Below are positions 26,407 to 39,914 of a DNA stretch of 64,000 nucleotides, in pieces. The translations under genes were made by a program, and so were the position numbers. Below the pieces are notes generated by a model that was not told the DNA's origin, did no database searches, and was given only the letters and a program-made list of their open reading frames with translations. Origin of the DNA: Octopus sinensis (taxonomy: Eukaryota); contig NC_043011.1 of assembly GCF_006345805.1 (NCBI RefSeq), positions 52,216,464 through 52,280,463 on the forward strand, written 5' to 3'. Position 1 is the first letter of the stretch. Each line of letters starts with the position of its first letter.

Positions 26407-26446
<40 letters not shown>

Positions 26447-28819
26447 TTGTAAAATTTGATTTAGTATTTCTAAATTGAATTTTTCCCTGTAAGTTTGGAA
26501 TAATATTCCCTCATATTACTATTATATGTATGTATGTATTGTGTGTGTGTGTGTGTGCATGCATGGATGGAGGTATTTTGTGTCTCCCTTTTTGCCATCA
26601 TGTGACAGTTGTAAATGAGCATCACTGTCATATAAAACAATGTCGTTCATCTCAGTCTTCAGTGAAAACATATCTGAACTTAAAGAAATATTATATTTTA
26701 CTTGGAAGCCAGTGAATGTGACAACAGGAAAGGAATCCAGCCAGAGAAAATCTTTCTCAACAAACATGGAGAAAATGGACATCAACAGATGATGATAATG
26801 ATGATGATGATGATAGTGTTGATGCTACTGTCCCCAGGGCATCCCCTTTCAGCCTTTTATCTTGCCCCACATTTTGTAGATAACTCCTCTTCAAGTTCTG
26901 TTACTGCCCAATTTTTTTCCCTTTTCCTTTCCACATACTTTGTTATCCCCCAGTGATGCTACATCAATTAATTATACAATAAAGTATTTTTCTATTTCTC
27001 AACAATAACAATATCAGGTCTTTCTCTTATGTATCTTGTGATCACATTAACTGTTCTAAAGTCCTAAAGTAGCTTCTCTTCATCTAACACTATTACCACA
27101 GGGTCAAGCTGGTGCTCCTAATGCTTTCTTGTTCTGTTTCACACATAATTTCCAGTGCATAATCCTGGTAATGTTATTAGCCTCCTTTTGTTTCCCTTTT
27201 GTGCTAGTGTACTATATCATTATTATTGTTGTTGTTGTTGTTATTAAGACAGCAGGCTGGTAGAATTGTTAACATGCTGGGCAAAATGGTTAGTGGAATT
27301 TCGTCTGTCTTCACATTCTAAGTTCAATTTACACCGGGGTTGACTTTGCTTTTCATCCTTCTGGAGTTGATAAAGTAAGTACCAGTTGAGGACTGGGGTT
27401 GATTTAATCGACTTAGCTCCTCCCCCAAATTGCTGGCCTTGTGCCAGAATTTGAAACCGTTATCAAAGTGACAAGCTGGCAGAATTGTTAGCACACCAAA
27501 CAAATTGCTAAGCAGCATTTTGTCTGTCTTTGCATTCAGAGTTCAAATTCTGCTGAGGTCGACTTTGCCTTTCATCCTTTCTGGGTTGATAAATTAAACA
27601 CCAGCAACACATTGGGATTGATGTAATTGTCTAGTCTCCACCCCACAAACTTCAATCCTTGTGCTTTTAGTTGAAAGGATTATTGTTATTGAGTGAGAGA
27701 GCAGTGCATGCCATCAAAGTGACACTGGGGTAAAATATACGAAGCCCAGTATACCCATCATGACTACCTGTCTGATAAGAGTACACTAGGCACATGCATC
27801 ACAACCATGTATGCACAACATGGTGATCTCATATCAAGATAAACAGCACATGACCTTGCAGGTGGGGCCCAGATTATTATTATTATTATTATTATTATTA
27901 TGCAGGATGGTATGGTAGATTGGCAAAATCATTAGAGCATCTGACTAAATGCCTTGTGGTATTTGTTTCAGTTCTATACATCCTGAGTTCAGATCCCACT
28001 AAGATTAATGTTACCTTTCAGCATTCTGGATTCATTAAAGTACCAGTCATGTACCAGGCTCAGATTTATTGACTGATCCTTCCCTGCAAATTTCTAACCT
28101 TATTTCTGTTTTAGAAATGATATTTTTTAAAAATTTGTAATCCTCTTCTTGGCCATACTGGAGCTGCCATGTCACTTTGAAAGCAAATTATCTTTGTGTC
28201 TTCAAAATGAAATGCATCCCTAGTACCTTCCACTTGAACATTTAAATTTTGTCCTCCAGAAGAAATTGATGTGTCCACATTGGAAGGGATGTTAGTTGGT
28301 GTATCTGTTGTTATCTAAACCTGATTCAATAGGTTTATGGTGAAATGCATACGTTCCATCCATGACTATCATGCCATATACCATTGTCTAATCTGACATT
28401 TTTTAAGAAAGATATTTTTTTTAAATAATGGTTTCAAATTTTGGCACAAGGCTAGCAAGTTTAGTGGAGGAGGTGGGAGATGGAGTAAGTTGATTAGATC
28501 AACCTCAGTACAAAAAGGTAATGTCACCTTCTTGAGTCATACTGACTCATAAGGGCCAGTTTCCTGGTTTCATGGTGTATGAATGCTAAAGGGTTAAAGA
28601 AGAAAGGGCGCAGTGACTTGCCAGGAGCTGTGTTGGCAGATTTCAAATTGTAGAGTGTTATTTGAGGTAGCTTTTCTTGCTATATCTAGCAAGTTGAATG
28701 ACCTAGTAGTGGGATAACTTGTTGGCGCTGTGTTGTTTCCTTATCAGTTTGTAAAACAGGTGTAACATATAAAAGTTAGCCTAATTCCAGTGTAAATGTT
28801 TTCTACCCACCAGGATTGC

Positions 28820-29190
28820 CAATACCACCACCACCACCACCACTAACCACTATCATCATCATCATCATCATCATCACTAAAAACAACAACAACAGCAGCA
28901 AAAACTCCTCCACTGTCACTTCCACACCCTCCAACAACAACACTGCAACCACCACCTCCAACTACACCTCCATTGCTACAACCATCACCTCATCAAAACC
29001 TCCACCAATTCTACCACTGCCTACCATCACTCTGAACTGCCCATCACCACCACCAGCAACAACAACAACAACAATGAAACCTCCACTGCTGCCACCATCA
29101 ACAACTCCACCTCCTCCTTTGTCGCAATCATCATTACCACAACTATGGCCAATACCACCTCATCCACCACCACCACCACCATGATCCTCA
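28820..29190. repeat. Low-complexity (CAC/CAA/CAT)n tract
   Basis: Mixed trinucleotide runs giving P/T-rich pseudo-ORFs. Confidence 0.85.
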
Positions 29191-29697
29191 CCTCATTTAC
29201 TGCTCAAACTCCAGTAAAGGAAAAAGACATCTTTGCACCCATGGGTTGATGGAGGGGAGATATCCAACCACCCATTCACTCATCCATCCATCCATCTAAC
29301 CACCCATCCACCTGTCAGTCACCCCTCCCAGGGGTTGGGATGGGAGTGAGGGGGGCAGTGTTGAGTTACCAATATTCACCCTGTCATGTCCCTGACTTGC
29401 CCTCCCCCACCACACATGACCTTTCTTCTGTGTTCTCATACCCTGAATCCTCACCCCTTCTCACTCCTCCCCTCCACCATCACCACTCCGCCTTTTCCCC
29501 TATACCCTCCAGAATGATGATGGTATTTTGTCTTTTCTTCAATTTTCCATATTTATCAACACATCCCTTCCACCACCTACCCCCTCCCCAGCTCTCTTTG
29601 CTTCCATCCCCTACCACCTTCCTTTGCCCCCCCCCTCTCTCTGGAACTAGATCTAGGTCAGACCCCAATTTCAGTTGGATAGTAACATCTGTCATAC

Positions 29698-29729
<32 letters not shown>

Positions 29730-30142
29730 GCAGCAATTATTACCATTATTACCACTGTGACGGCAATAACAATAATAACAACTATTACTGCTGCTCCTTG
29801 AGTCAATGAAGAAGGAATCTCTACATGGTAACTCAAGATGCTAGAAGTAGCAGCATATTTTTCCTTTGAATTACACCATATCATCTTAGAAAAGGACATA
29901 TTTGATAATGTGGTTCCTCTACATAGGAAAAAGAGGGGTTGGTTATGGTTGGATTGTCTTTGGTTCTAGGCCTGGTTTGTCAAGGTTGATTTTGAGAGCT
30001 TAAGAACAGTAGCAGCAACAACTGCTGTTGCTGCTGTACTTGTAACTCTGTAAAGTGGTTGCCTATAGGAAAGGTATCCAACCATAGAAACCATGTCACA
30101 ACAGGAATGTAAGAGCAAATTGTAGTCCCTGAGCCATTTTAA

Positions 30143-30363
30143 CCCTTTAGTGTTCACATTATTCTGCCAAAGTTAATGCTTCTTCATCCACATTGTTTTG
30201 AATTAATCATGCATTATCTTGTAGCTTTGAGATTTTGACAAGGTAGCTGTTAATTTTTAAAATGATATTGTAGGGTTGGTGTGAGAGACCAGATTTAGCC
30301 AGTTTGAACATAAGACAGGCTGAATACTTTTGGCCGGATATGGTTAGTTTAAATGCTAAAGGG
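30143..30363. mobile_element. Family E piggyBac-like MITE
   Basis: TTAA-CCCTTTAG ... CTAAAGGG ends; other copies at 33542-33761 and 39929-40140. Confidence 0.8.
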
Positions 30364-30684
30364 TTATGCTTATGGGTAGTCCACATTACTCTGCAAGGAA
30401 CATAGGACTGGTTTCTCTGGCATATATATTCTTCATTGGATGGGATGCCAGTTTCTCCCAGGATTGCTCATTTTTGCCAGCTGATTGGACTGAAGTGGCA
30501 TGAAATGAAATGTATTTTGCTCAAGAACACAATATTTCGTAAGAACACATTTAATAAGTGTTTTGCTCAAAAACACATTTGGCATACATATTGCTTTTAG
30601 AATACAGAAATCCGGAGAAGAAGCACCTTATAAGAAGTAGAGCAGTCAACGTGTTTTTTTTTACTGTAGAAGGTCAGTTTATGT

Positions 30685-30836
30685 GCTTACCTTGGGTTTC
30701 CCATCCATAAAGGGTTTAACTTTATGGCATATCATCTGACCCAAAGACTTTTGGCCTAAGACCTCTTAGGCCAACAGGTCTTGGGGTCTGACGATACACC
30801 ATAAAGTTTATGGATGAGAAACCCAGAGTAACCCTA
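30685..30836. ncRNA. Palindromic element (family Q) with two divergent type I hammerheads
   Basis: Centre TTGGCCTAAG-ACCT-CTTAGGCCAA (30751-30774). Plus HHR: stem I TGGGGT/ACCCTA, CTGACGA 30788-30794, stem II CCATAAA/TTTATGG, GAAAC 30818-30822, GTA 30828-30830. Minus arm: CAGATGA...GAAAC CCAAG GTA. Confidence 0.8.
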
Positions 30837-31094
30837 TAAAATGGCCTTCCCCAGTAAAATATATATATATATATTGTATTTGGAATGGTCATTTCTTTTC
30901 TTTGCCAAATAAACACATGCACTATATATTCGTTCTTCACTGATTTATTACTGTTCTTATTCTAGCTTGTGTCCATTGTCTGGAAATCTTTTGTCACACA
31001 TCTGTGTCTGCCTCAGCGACACTTTCCATCTTCATGTGTGCTCTTGCTCTGCTTATTCCATTCACATCAGGAATCTTGCAACACAAATTCATAA

Positions 31095-31128
<34 letters not shown>

Positions 31129-31599
31129 TCTTCCCTGGATGGGATGCCAGTCCATCACAGGGTTACTCATTTTTAACAGCTGAGTGACATGAAATGAAGT
31201 GTTCTGCTCAGGAACACAATGCCATCATCCAACCCAGGGATCGAAACCACAATCTTACAATCATGAGTCCATAACACTAAACACTAAGCCACGTGTCTCC
31301 ATGACCACCCTCCACTAAGGAGGGTAGTAACTCCAAATTAAACTGACTTTAGGCAGGGTCATCTTAGCAGATATATGTCCCCCCACCATGTCCAAACAAA
31401 TCAATGCACTGGGCCCTATAGAATTGGGCCCATAGAACTATTTGGCTCTTGGACATCTGCTCACTGTGCCAATGCCTTTAGATGGCAGTGCTTCATGGCC
31501 CATGGTAGGGTTATTTAACCTGTGCTAACATGGAGAAGCAGCAGTTAAATGACAATAATTATGATGATTTTAACGATGATGAGGATGATGATGTTAACA

Positions 31600-31990
31600 T
31601 CAACAGAGATGATAATGATGATGGTCACTGATGACAATAACAATGAAGACGAATGATGTTGATGATGATGATGATGATGTCAGCTGTGATGCTGATGATG
31701 TCAATAATGGCAACAACGATGATGAAGACGAAGAGAGTGATGAGGAGGATAAGGTCGACAATCAATGACAATGATGATTCTGATGATGATGTCAATGATG
31801 TTGCTGTGACACAATTACTGCTGTTGCTACTACTACTACTACTACTACTACTTCTTTGACACAACAGCTACTACTACTACTACTTTGACACAACAGCTAC
31901 TACTACTACTACTACTACACAATACCGAGCACTATTTCTTTAACACAGTAACTACTACTAGTACTACTATTATTGTGACACAACAACAAT
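31600..31990. repeat. (GAT)n/(CTA)n trinucleotide tract
   Basis: Direct reading of the sequence. Confidence 0.85.
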
Positions 31991-32488
31991 AACCACAACT
32001 TGGCAGGTCTGAGCTGTTGTTTTATAACTTTATTAAGGGGAACTTGTATATGACTGAACGACTGTTGTGTTGGTGGGGTGGGGTAAAGCTGGTTCTTTGT
32101 AGCCCGAAGGAGAGACATGTGTTTGTATATCCTGTTGCTGGTGTGCCGGTGGTGTGGTGTGGTGTCCACTAACCCCACTCCCCCTTACGTGCAGCCGTCA
32201 GTGGGTGGAGAGGTGCTACTGGAAATATCTTGTCTCATCTCTCACCCACCCGTGTTCCCACCCCACTTCCACCCAACTTTTCCTAGCACTACTTATTTAA
32301 CCTAGTTCCACCTAACCCTGAGTAAAGCACTGAAAAATATCTTGTCTGCTCCCATTACTTAACCAACAGGAGAATAAATATGTGTGTGTGTGCATATGTG
32401 TGATAGAGAGAGAGAGAGAGAGGAGGGAAATAAATATAGATATACAGAAAGGAGAAATTGATATACAAAGAAGGTATGTATATATGTG

Positions 32489-32531
<43 letters not shown>

Positions 32532-32560
32532 AAAGTCAAAGGCTGCCCGTGGGACATCAC

Positions 32561-32608
<48 letters not shown>

Positions 32609-32637
32609 GTGATGTCCCACGGGCAGCCTTTGACTTT
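32532..32637. repeat. Perfect 106-bp palindrome: 33-bp unique arms around (TA)20
   Basis: 32532-32564 is the exact reverse complement of 32605-32637. Confidence 0.95.
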
Positions 32638-32727
32638 TTCTATTCAGAGGGGTTTTTAACCTAATATTTACATGTTATTATTTATCACTTCATTTTTCTT
32701 TGAGATTCACCCTTAAAGAAATGTATC

Positions 32728-32760
<33 letters not shown>

Positions 32761-33541
32761 TGATATCATCATCATCGTTTAATGTCCACTTTCCATGCTA
32801 GCATGGGTTGGACAATTTGACTGAGGACTGGCGAACCAGATGGCTGCACCAGGCTCCAATCTTGATCTGGCAGAGTTTCTACAGCTGGATGCCCTTCCTA
32901 ACGCCAACCACTCCGAGAGTGTAGTGGGTGCTTTTATGTGCCACCGGCACGAGGGCCAGTCAGGCAGTACTGGCACACATACACACACACACACATAAAC
33001 TCGTGTACATGCATTCAGATACACACACACACATATGTATATAGGGCTTCTGCAGTTTCACTCACAAAGCATTGTTTAGCTTAAGGTTATTATTGTACAA
33101 AATATTTCTCAAAAATGCTGTATAATGGCACTGAACCTGCAACCACATGTTTGTGAAGCAAACTTTATATTCACATGGTCTGAGTATTTTTGCCAATGTA
33201 TAATTGGTGAAGGACATAAGCATCAGCAAGAAAAAACTAAAATGTCACAAAAAATAAAATTTTTTTTTTAATGACGTCCCTGGTGATATTTGTTCCACAA
33301 CAAGTTACAGACAATCCCTTTCACTGTTGTTGTCAGAAATGCAGTGAACCATGGATTAGCACTGGATAAGTATTTCTTCGATCTAAGTTAGCAGAGCACA
33401 GTGAGGTGACACTGGAGTGTTATCTCAGAGTACAGGCCTGGAAAAGGTTTTATGGAAGACTACAACAGATCCTCCCCTCTTCATGACATTGACGTAGTCT
33501 ATAGAAAGGATTAGGGCCAAAAGCACAGGATTAACTATTAA

Positions 33542-33761
33542 CCCTTTATCATTCACATTATTCTATCAAATGTAATGCTTATTTATTGACATTGTTTTGA
33601 ATTAATCATTCATTATTTTGTGGCTATGAGATTTCAATGAAGTAACTGTTAAGTTTTAGAATGATATTGTAGGGTAGATGTGAGAGACCAGTTCTGGCCA
33701 GCTTGGACATAAAACAAGTAGAATATTTTAACTGGATATGGCTGGTTTAAATGCTAAAGGG
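33542..33761. mobile_element. Family E piggyBac-like MITE, complete
   Basis: TTAA at 33538-33541 and 33762-33765; CCCTTTA/TAAAGGG termini. Confidence 0.85.
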
Positions 33762-34000
33762 TTAAGCAAAATAAGCACATGCTTAAGGTGTCAAAGGAAG
33801 GAGGGGGGCATCAGAGAAATGGTAAATGGTTAATGGCACAAAACAAATCACTTTAAACTTGATAAAATAATATTCAAAGTGGTTTATATGATCAGAAATA
33901 TAATTTCTAAGTGTTCATGGTGTCCTAAATCAAAGATTTTGCAATTAAGAAAAAGGTAGGAGAAAATTTCTCAAATTTAATTAAAGTGGAATTATACACA

Positions 34001-34162
34001 GGCACAGGAGTGGTTGTGTGGTAAGTAACTTGCTTACCAACCACATGGTTCCATGTTCAGTCCCACTGCGTGTCACCTTGGGCAAGTGTCTTCTACTATA
34101 GCCTCGGGCCGACCAAAGCCTTGCCAGTGGATTTGGTAGATGGAAACTGAAAGAAGCTCGTC

Positions 34163-34198
<36 letters not shown>

Positions 34199-34405
34199 GT
34201 GTGTGTGTCTGTCCCCCCAGCATCACTTGACAACCGATACTGGTGTGTTTACGTCCCTGTAACTTAGCGGTTTGGCATCAGAGACCAATACAATAAGTAC
34301 TAGGCTTACAAAGAATAAGTCCTGGGGTCGATTTGCTTGACTAAAGGCGGTGCTCCAGCATGGTCGCAGTCAAATGACTGAAACAAATAAAAGAATAAAA
34401 GAATA
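34001..34405 (+). mobile_element. Family B SINE
   Basis: Colinear with the copy at 16312; another copy at 37389-37812. Confidence 0.85.
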
Positions 34406-35558
34406 CAGAAATAAACATTATTTTCCATCTTAACATTAGTTTAGTTTTATTTTGAAAGCTAAACATTTATTCCATGGTTTATTGTTGTTTATATTTTGAA
34501 TTGCATTTATATATGAGGGCACCAAAATCTTTTAAATGTGAGCCTCTATGGGTCTTAATCCAACCCTGAGGGCCAATATAACTCTGTACCAACCAGTGTT
34601 GTATACACTGCCATCAAAGTTGAAGTCAGTACCATAATCATACAAGTTGAATTTTTCAGACCAAAATTTAGTCAGTAAAGGTAAGTTGACTTATACACCA
34701 AGATGACTTTGGGGGACTAAACATTCCATATGAATTGCAACAGGCTTTGGTAAAATAGTGACGATGTCTGAAGTTTACACTACATGTTTACACTAAAGAG
34801 TATGTCAACTTGTACACTGGAAAACACACTATTAGGCTGCTTTAGAAAGTCCTAGTTTCTGATTTGAAATTGACTATATCAACCATATTACTTGACGGAT
34901 ACTAATAAAGTTCTTTTTAATTTTAATAAATGATTAATCCTTTTGTTAAGTAGATTTCCCGGAAGGGAATTAAGATATTGTTAAAAAGATCAAGTCTGCC
35001 ATAATTCAACCCATAAAAAATATAAAAGTTATTTTGTCTTCCGCTGGATTCTTCCATCTGCTGCCCTTATGGTAAGACATGGAGAAAAAATAAAGAAAAA
35101 ATAATGAATAAGTTTTATGCTTTATAGAATCAAGGCCCCTGATGCTCCTACACATTAACAGATGAATTATGAATCTTATTTCTTTAGACTTACACACGCA
35201 CACACATTAAGCTAATGGGCTCTGTCAGCAGTCATCCTTATCCTTACCCTACTCTCTCCTTCAATGTCAGGAAGTTTCTTCTCTCTCTATCCTTCATTTT
35301 CCACTTAAGGACTTAGTGTCATTGTTGTGTATCACACTCTTCTCACCACAGCCATAATCAAACGAACCGATTGGTCCTGTGATCCTATGGTTATATAGTG
35401 TTCCAGGTTCCAGCTGCAACTACCTCCTACTCCTCTTGGTCATCTTTCTTTCTTTCCTTTTTCTTTTCTCTCTTTCTTTCTTTCTTTCCAATGTATTTAT
35501 GGCTGCATAATCTTATGTGTTCTTTTCTTTTATAAAACAATATGGTATGGTGAGTTAA

Positions 35559-35779
35559 CCCTTTCGTTACCAACCCGGCCGAAACTGGGTCTTGGCTCTG
35601 AGTACAAATGTCTTGTTTTCCTAAGTTTTGAATTAAAATCTTCCACCAAACCTTAGTCACAATTTATGTTCCTAACGCTAGCTTCATGATAACTAAGTTA
35701 TTGTACTAAATTCTTTGTTATATTTAAAGTAATTGAAAGAAATACGGAGCATCTCAAAATAAATACAGTAACGAAAGGT
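35559..35779. mobile_element. Second piggyBac-like MITE family
   Basis: TTAA TSD (35555-35558, 35780-35783); TIR CCCTTTCGTTAC / GTAACGAAAGGT. Diverged relative at ~38893-39170. Confidence 0.8.
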
Positions 35780-36649
35780 TTAAGAGAGATTTTGCTACTA
35801 TTTCTAGCTGGTAAAATGATAATGTATAGGTTCATTTGTTAAGCTCCTTTTGATTGAGTTGCTTAGGTCAATACACACACACACACACACACACATGTAT
35901 GCAAACTCAGTGTTCGTTTATACTGAACTGCTTAGTTAAGATTCAATGTTTAAGTCAGATTAACACAGCCTCGTGTCTACAATGGGTCTTTATTTGTAAT
36001 TATTGGCTAACCCCACAGAAATATAAATACATAACACCCCCTCAAAAGATGAAAATCAAAGGAAAAAAAAAAACAACAACCAATAATCCTATAAAGCTAA
36101 ATAAAAAAATTTAAATGCCCCAGAGGGAGAAGATGAAATGTAGTATTTAGGTTATAAAAGGATAGAAAATAATTTCAGAAGATAAGAGGAAGAAGAGAAT
36201 ATAGAAGAAGCTGGAGAGAGAGAGAGAGAGATAGAGGTAAAGGAAAAGGGGAGAGAGGAGGAGGGTAAGAGATGTTTTACTAATTCATAGTTGAGTGGTT
36301 GAAGAAGTTGGTAACTATTTTTAGGTGAAGACACACTGGTGGATTTGAGTGAGGTTGTCCTAATTTAAAGGGTGGCAGTTGATGGTGAGATGAAAGCTTT
36401 ATTAGAAATGTTAGTGTTGGTGCGACCCACATGTAAACATATCTTACCCAACCAGACCAGACCCAGACCCAGACCAGACCCTCCCTCTCCTCCAGATAAC
36501 CAACCAGTCTCCTGGGGCTTATCAGCAGGGATCATCATATGTTGATTATAAACACAGTTGTGGGATGGTGGTGGTGGTGTCAGGGGTTGGGGTGGGAAAT
36601 ACTAGAGCTCTGGAGGAAGATGACTAAATGTTGATATCACCATTTAATT

Positions 36650-36950
36650 ATGCCATATATGTATATGTGCATATATATGTATATATATATATTTATATAT
36701 GCTTGTGTATATGCATATGTATATGTATATATGCATATATATATGTATATGTATATATGCATATATATATGTATATATATATGCATATGTATATATGTAT
36801 ATGCATATATGTATATATGTATGTGTATATGCATATATATATGTATGTGTATACACATATTCTTTAAATATATATGTATTTGTGTGTATATATGTGTTTT
36901 TGTGTATGTATATATATATGTTTTTGTGTACACACATACATTCTAGCATA
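36650..36950. repeat. (TATATG/CATATA)n compound microsatellite
   Basis: Direct reading of the sequence. Confidence 0.9.
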
Positions 36951-37567
36951 CATATATTTATAATCATGTGTTTGTCACCATGTGTCATCCACATTGACAC
37001 CCCTTGTACAGAGATGACAGCTGTTCATCATCATCATTTAATGTTCATTTTCCATGCTGGCATGGGTTGGACAGTGTGACAGGAGTTGGCAAGCCAGAGA
37101 ACTGTGTCAAGCTCCAGTGTCTGTTTTTGGCAAGGTTTCCACTGCTGGATGCCCTTCTTAATACCAACCACTTTACACAGTGTACTGGGTGCTTTTTTTC
37201 TTTTTATGTTGCACCAGCACCAATGAGGTCACCAAGTAACTCACAAGACAAAAACCCTTCAATGAGATGTACTTTTGAAGGAGATCTGCTTTATGCCAAA
37301 TGATGAGAGGTTAAAGTATGACTGACAGACAAGTACAAATGTCTTGCTGTAGTGGAGAAATGTGGTTACCGTGGTTGGAAAAGAGATCAGGCGCAGGAGT
37401 GGCTGTGTGGTAAGTATCTTGTCTACCAAGTAGCTTGTCTACGAACTACATGGTTCCGGGTCCAATCCCTCTGCGTGGCACCTTGGGCAAGTGTCTTCTA
37501 CTGTAGCCTCGGGCTGACCAAAGCCTTGTGAGTGGATTTGGTAGACGGAAACTGAAAGAAGCCCGTC

Positions 37568-37601
<34 letters not shown>

Positions 37602-37989
37602 GCGTTTGTGTGTCTGTGTTTCTCCCCTAGCATTGCTTGACAACCGATGCTAGTGTGTTTATGTCCCTGTTACTTAGCGGTTCGGCAAAAGAGATCGACA
37701 GAATAAGTACTGGGCTTACAAAAGAATAAATCCCGGGGCCGAGTTGCTCGATTAAAGGCGGTGCTCCAGCATGGCTGCAGTCAAATGACTGAAACAAGTA
37801 AAAGAGTAAAGAGAGATGGTGGTGAAGATCTGTCTGGGCATACCCTCAACTACAGAAAGGTGAATATACAAAAGTAATACAGATTCAAGAGAATGAGGTG
37901 GGAGAGTGAAGAGAGTAGCAAATGGATAGAAATGGGTTACTGAGGAATAGAGGTGTGGTCAGTTGAGAATATCAGTTGGAGGGGAAAGT

Positions 37990-38378
37990 AAATAAATAAA
38001 ATCCCTAGCTGGTAACCACAGGGGAGGCTGTTCTCTCAACCATTATTCTGCTCTGGATGCCACTGAATGATGTACTTCGGTGATGATGTTATTCCATGCT
38101 TTCCAATCCATGGTGCTAGCCTTAGCATGCTTGAGATCAAGGCAGTGCGATCTCAGGTCTTCCTCAGTTTGTTTCACCCATGTTTTCTCTGGTGCACTGC
38201 ATTGGATTCTCCAGTGTGTGGGTAGCTACCACTGCAAAAGTAGGCGTGGTAGTCTTCTGGTGCTCATCCTGCAGATGTGGCCAAACCACTGTAGCCTGCA
38301 CTGCCGGTCTTGGTTTTCAATGCTTGAGTGCTGTTGGCCTTATTCTCTGATGTTGTTGTTTGAGATCAACTTGACAGC
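37990..38378 (-). mobile_element. RTE-clade LINE 3' end (ORF C-terminus, 3' UTR, (TTTA)n tail), degenerate
   Basis: Minus frame reads RLQWFGHICRMSTRRLPRLLLQW...KTWVKQTEEDL, the recognisable RTE C-terminal motif; stops present. Confidence 0.8.
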
Positions 38379-38590
38379 CCTCACCATCAGTGGAACAATC
38401 AAAATGCACATCATCTCTGCTTAAGCACTGACTGAGGCTAGCTCAGACCCCACTAAAGATGACTTCTACGATCAATGCAACATGTGCTGGACTTGATCCC
38501 ACAAATTCAGGGCAAGGTGGAGAAAGTAGGAGCAGGTCATGGAGTCTGCTATAGAACGAAAATCCCTCAGGTTGGCCTCTTAAAATGCAA
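38379..38590 (+). mobile_element. LINE AP-endonuclease fragment, opposite in orientation to the adjacent RTE 3' end
   Basis: IKMHIISA*ALTEASSDPTKDDFYDQ matches the IISAYAPTE...KDxFYxxL motif. Confidence 0.7.
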
Positions 38591-39493
38591 AGACATGTGG
38601 AATGAAAAGCATTACTTGAAAACAAGTAAGGTTTAGCATCAGAAAGAGCATCGAGCCATAGAATAGATATTATTATCTCAAGAAGTTTTGTCCTATTATG
38701 CCAATATCAGAAAATCAAACCTAAGAAAGATGATGATAATAATAATAATAACTATGATGATAGTGTCTCTAGGTCAACATTCTTCAGTGTATCCTTCCTT
38801 GTATAAGACAGAAGACTCTGATTTGAGGGAAATTTGGATGCTATTTCTAGGAGCTTGTATGACCCTGTTGAAGTTCTTTTGTTGGCTTGACCTTTCTTGA
38901 TACCAACCTGCATGAAACTGCCCTTTGGTCATATGATACAAACTTCATCTTTTAAAGTGATTTAAATTAAGACCTTCCCTCAAAATTTTGTGTTAATTTA
39001 TGCTCCAGGCACTAGCTTAATAATCTCAAAGTTATTTTACTAAATTGCTTCATTATTTTCATAATTACCTGAAACAAAGATAATGTATTTCAACAGAAAT
39101 ATGATAAAAATGTTAGAAAATTTGTATTTTAAAAACAGAGATTATCTCAGATGGGTTGGTATCAAAGGGTTGATGTTATGTAAAATAAAACTTCTATCAA
39201 AATGTCATGTTAATTTATATTCCAAACATCAGCTTAATAATGACAAAGTTATTTTACTAAACTCTTTGTTAATTTCAAAATTAATTGGAAAAAAAAAAAA
39301 AAAGGCAGTGTATTTCATTAGAAATATCTTAACAAAAGGTTTAATGTAACACATTATTTTGCTTTGTTGTAATGAAAAATATTGACCATTCCTGCTTCAG
39401 AGTTGACAGGTGGTTACGGTACAGCAGGTAATGTGATTAAAGTATTTGCAAGCAAGTCATGTCAATGACCCTATCAGTATATATCGTGTTTCT

Positions 39494-39914
39494 AAGGTGG
39501 TGAGCTGGCAGAAACATTAGCACGCCGGGCAAAAGGCTTAGCGGTATTTCGTCTTTCATCTGCCGTTACGTTCTGAGTTCAAATTCTGCCGAGGTCGACT
39601 TTGCCTTTCATTCTTTCAGGGTCGATTAAATAAGTACCAGTTATGCACTGGGGTTGATATAATCGACTTAATCCGTTTGTCTGTCCTTGTTTGTCCCCTC
39701 TGTGTGTAGCCCCTTGTGGGCAGTCAAAAAATAGGTATTTCGTCTGTCTTTATGTTCTGAGTTCAAATTCCACCGAGGTCAACTTTGCCTTTCATCCTTT
39801 CGGGGGTTGATAAATTAAGTACCAGTTGCATACTGGGGTTAACCTAATCGACTGACCCCCCCCCCCAAAAAAAAAAAAAATTGGGAGCCTTGTGCCTAGA
39901 GTAGAAAAGATTAT
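39494..39914 (+). mobile_element. Family A SINE heterodimer
   Basis: Same junction (AAAATA|GGTATTTCGTC, 39733/39734), but the second unit carries a different tail (GCCTTGTGCCT...GAAAAGATTAT). Confidence 0.75.

Noticed and set aside
30040-30105. CTGTAAAG-TGGTTG...CAACCA-TA-GAAAC CAT GTC as a further hammerhead
   Set aside because: The core differs at several invariant positions, and there is no supporting stem I or second copy.
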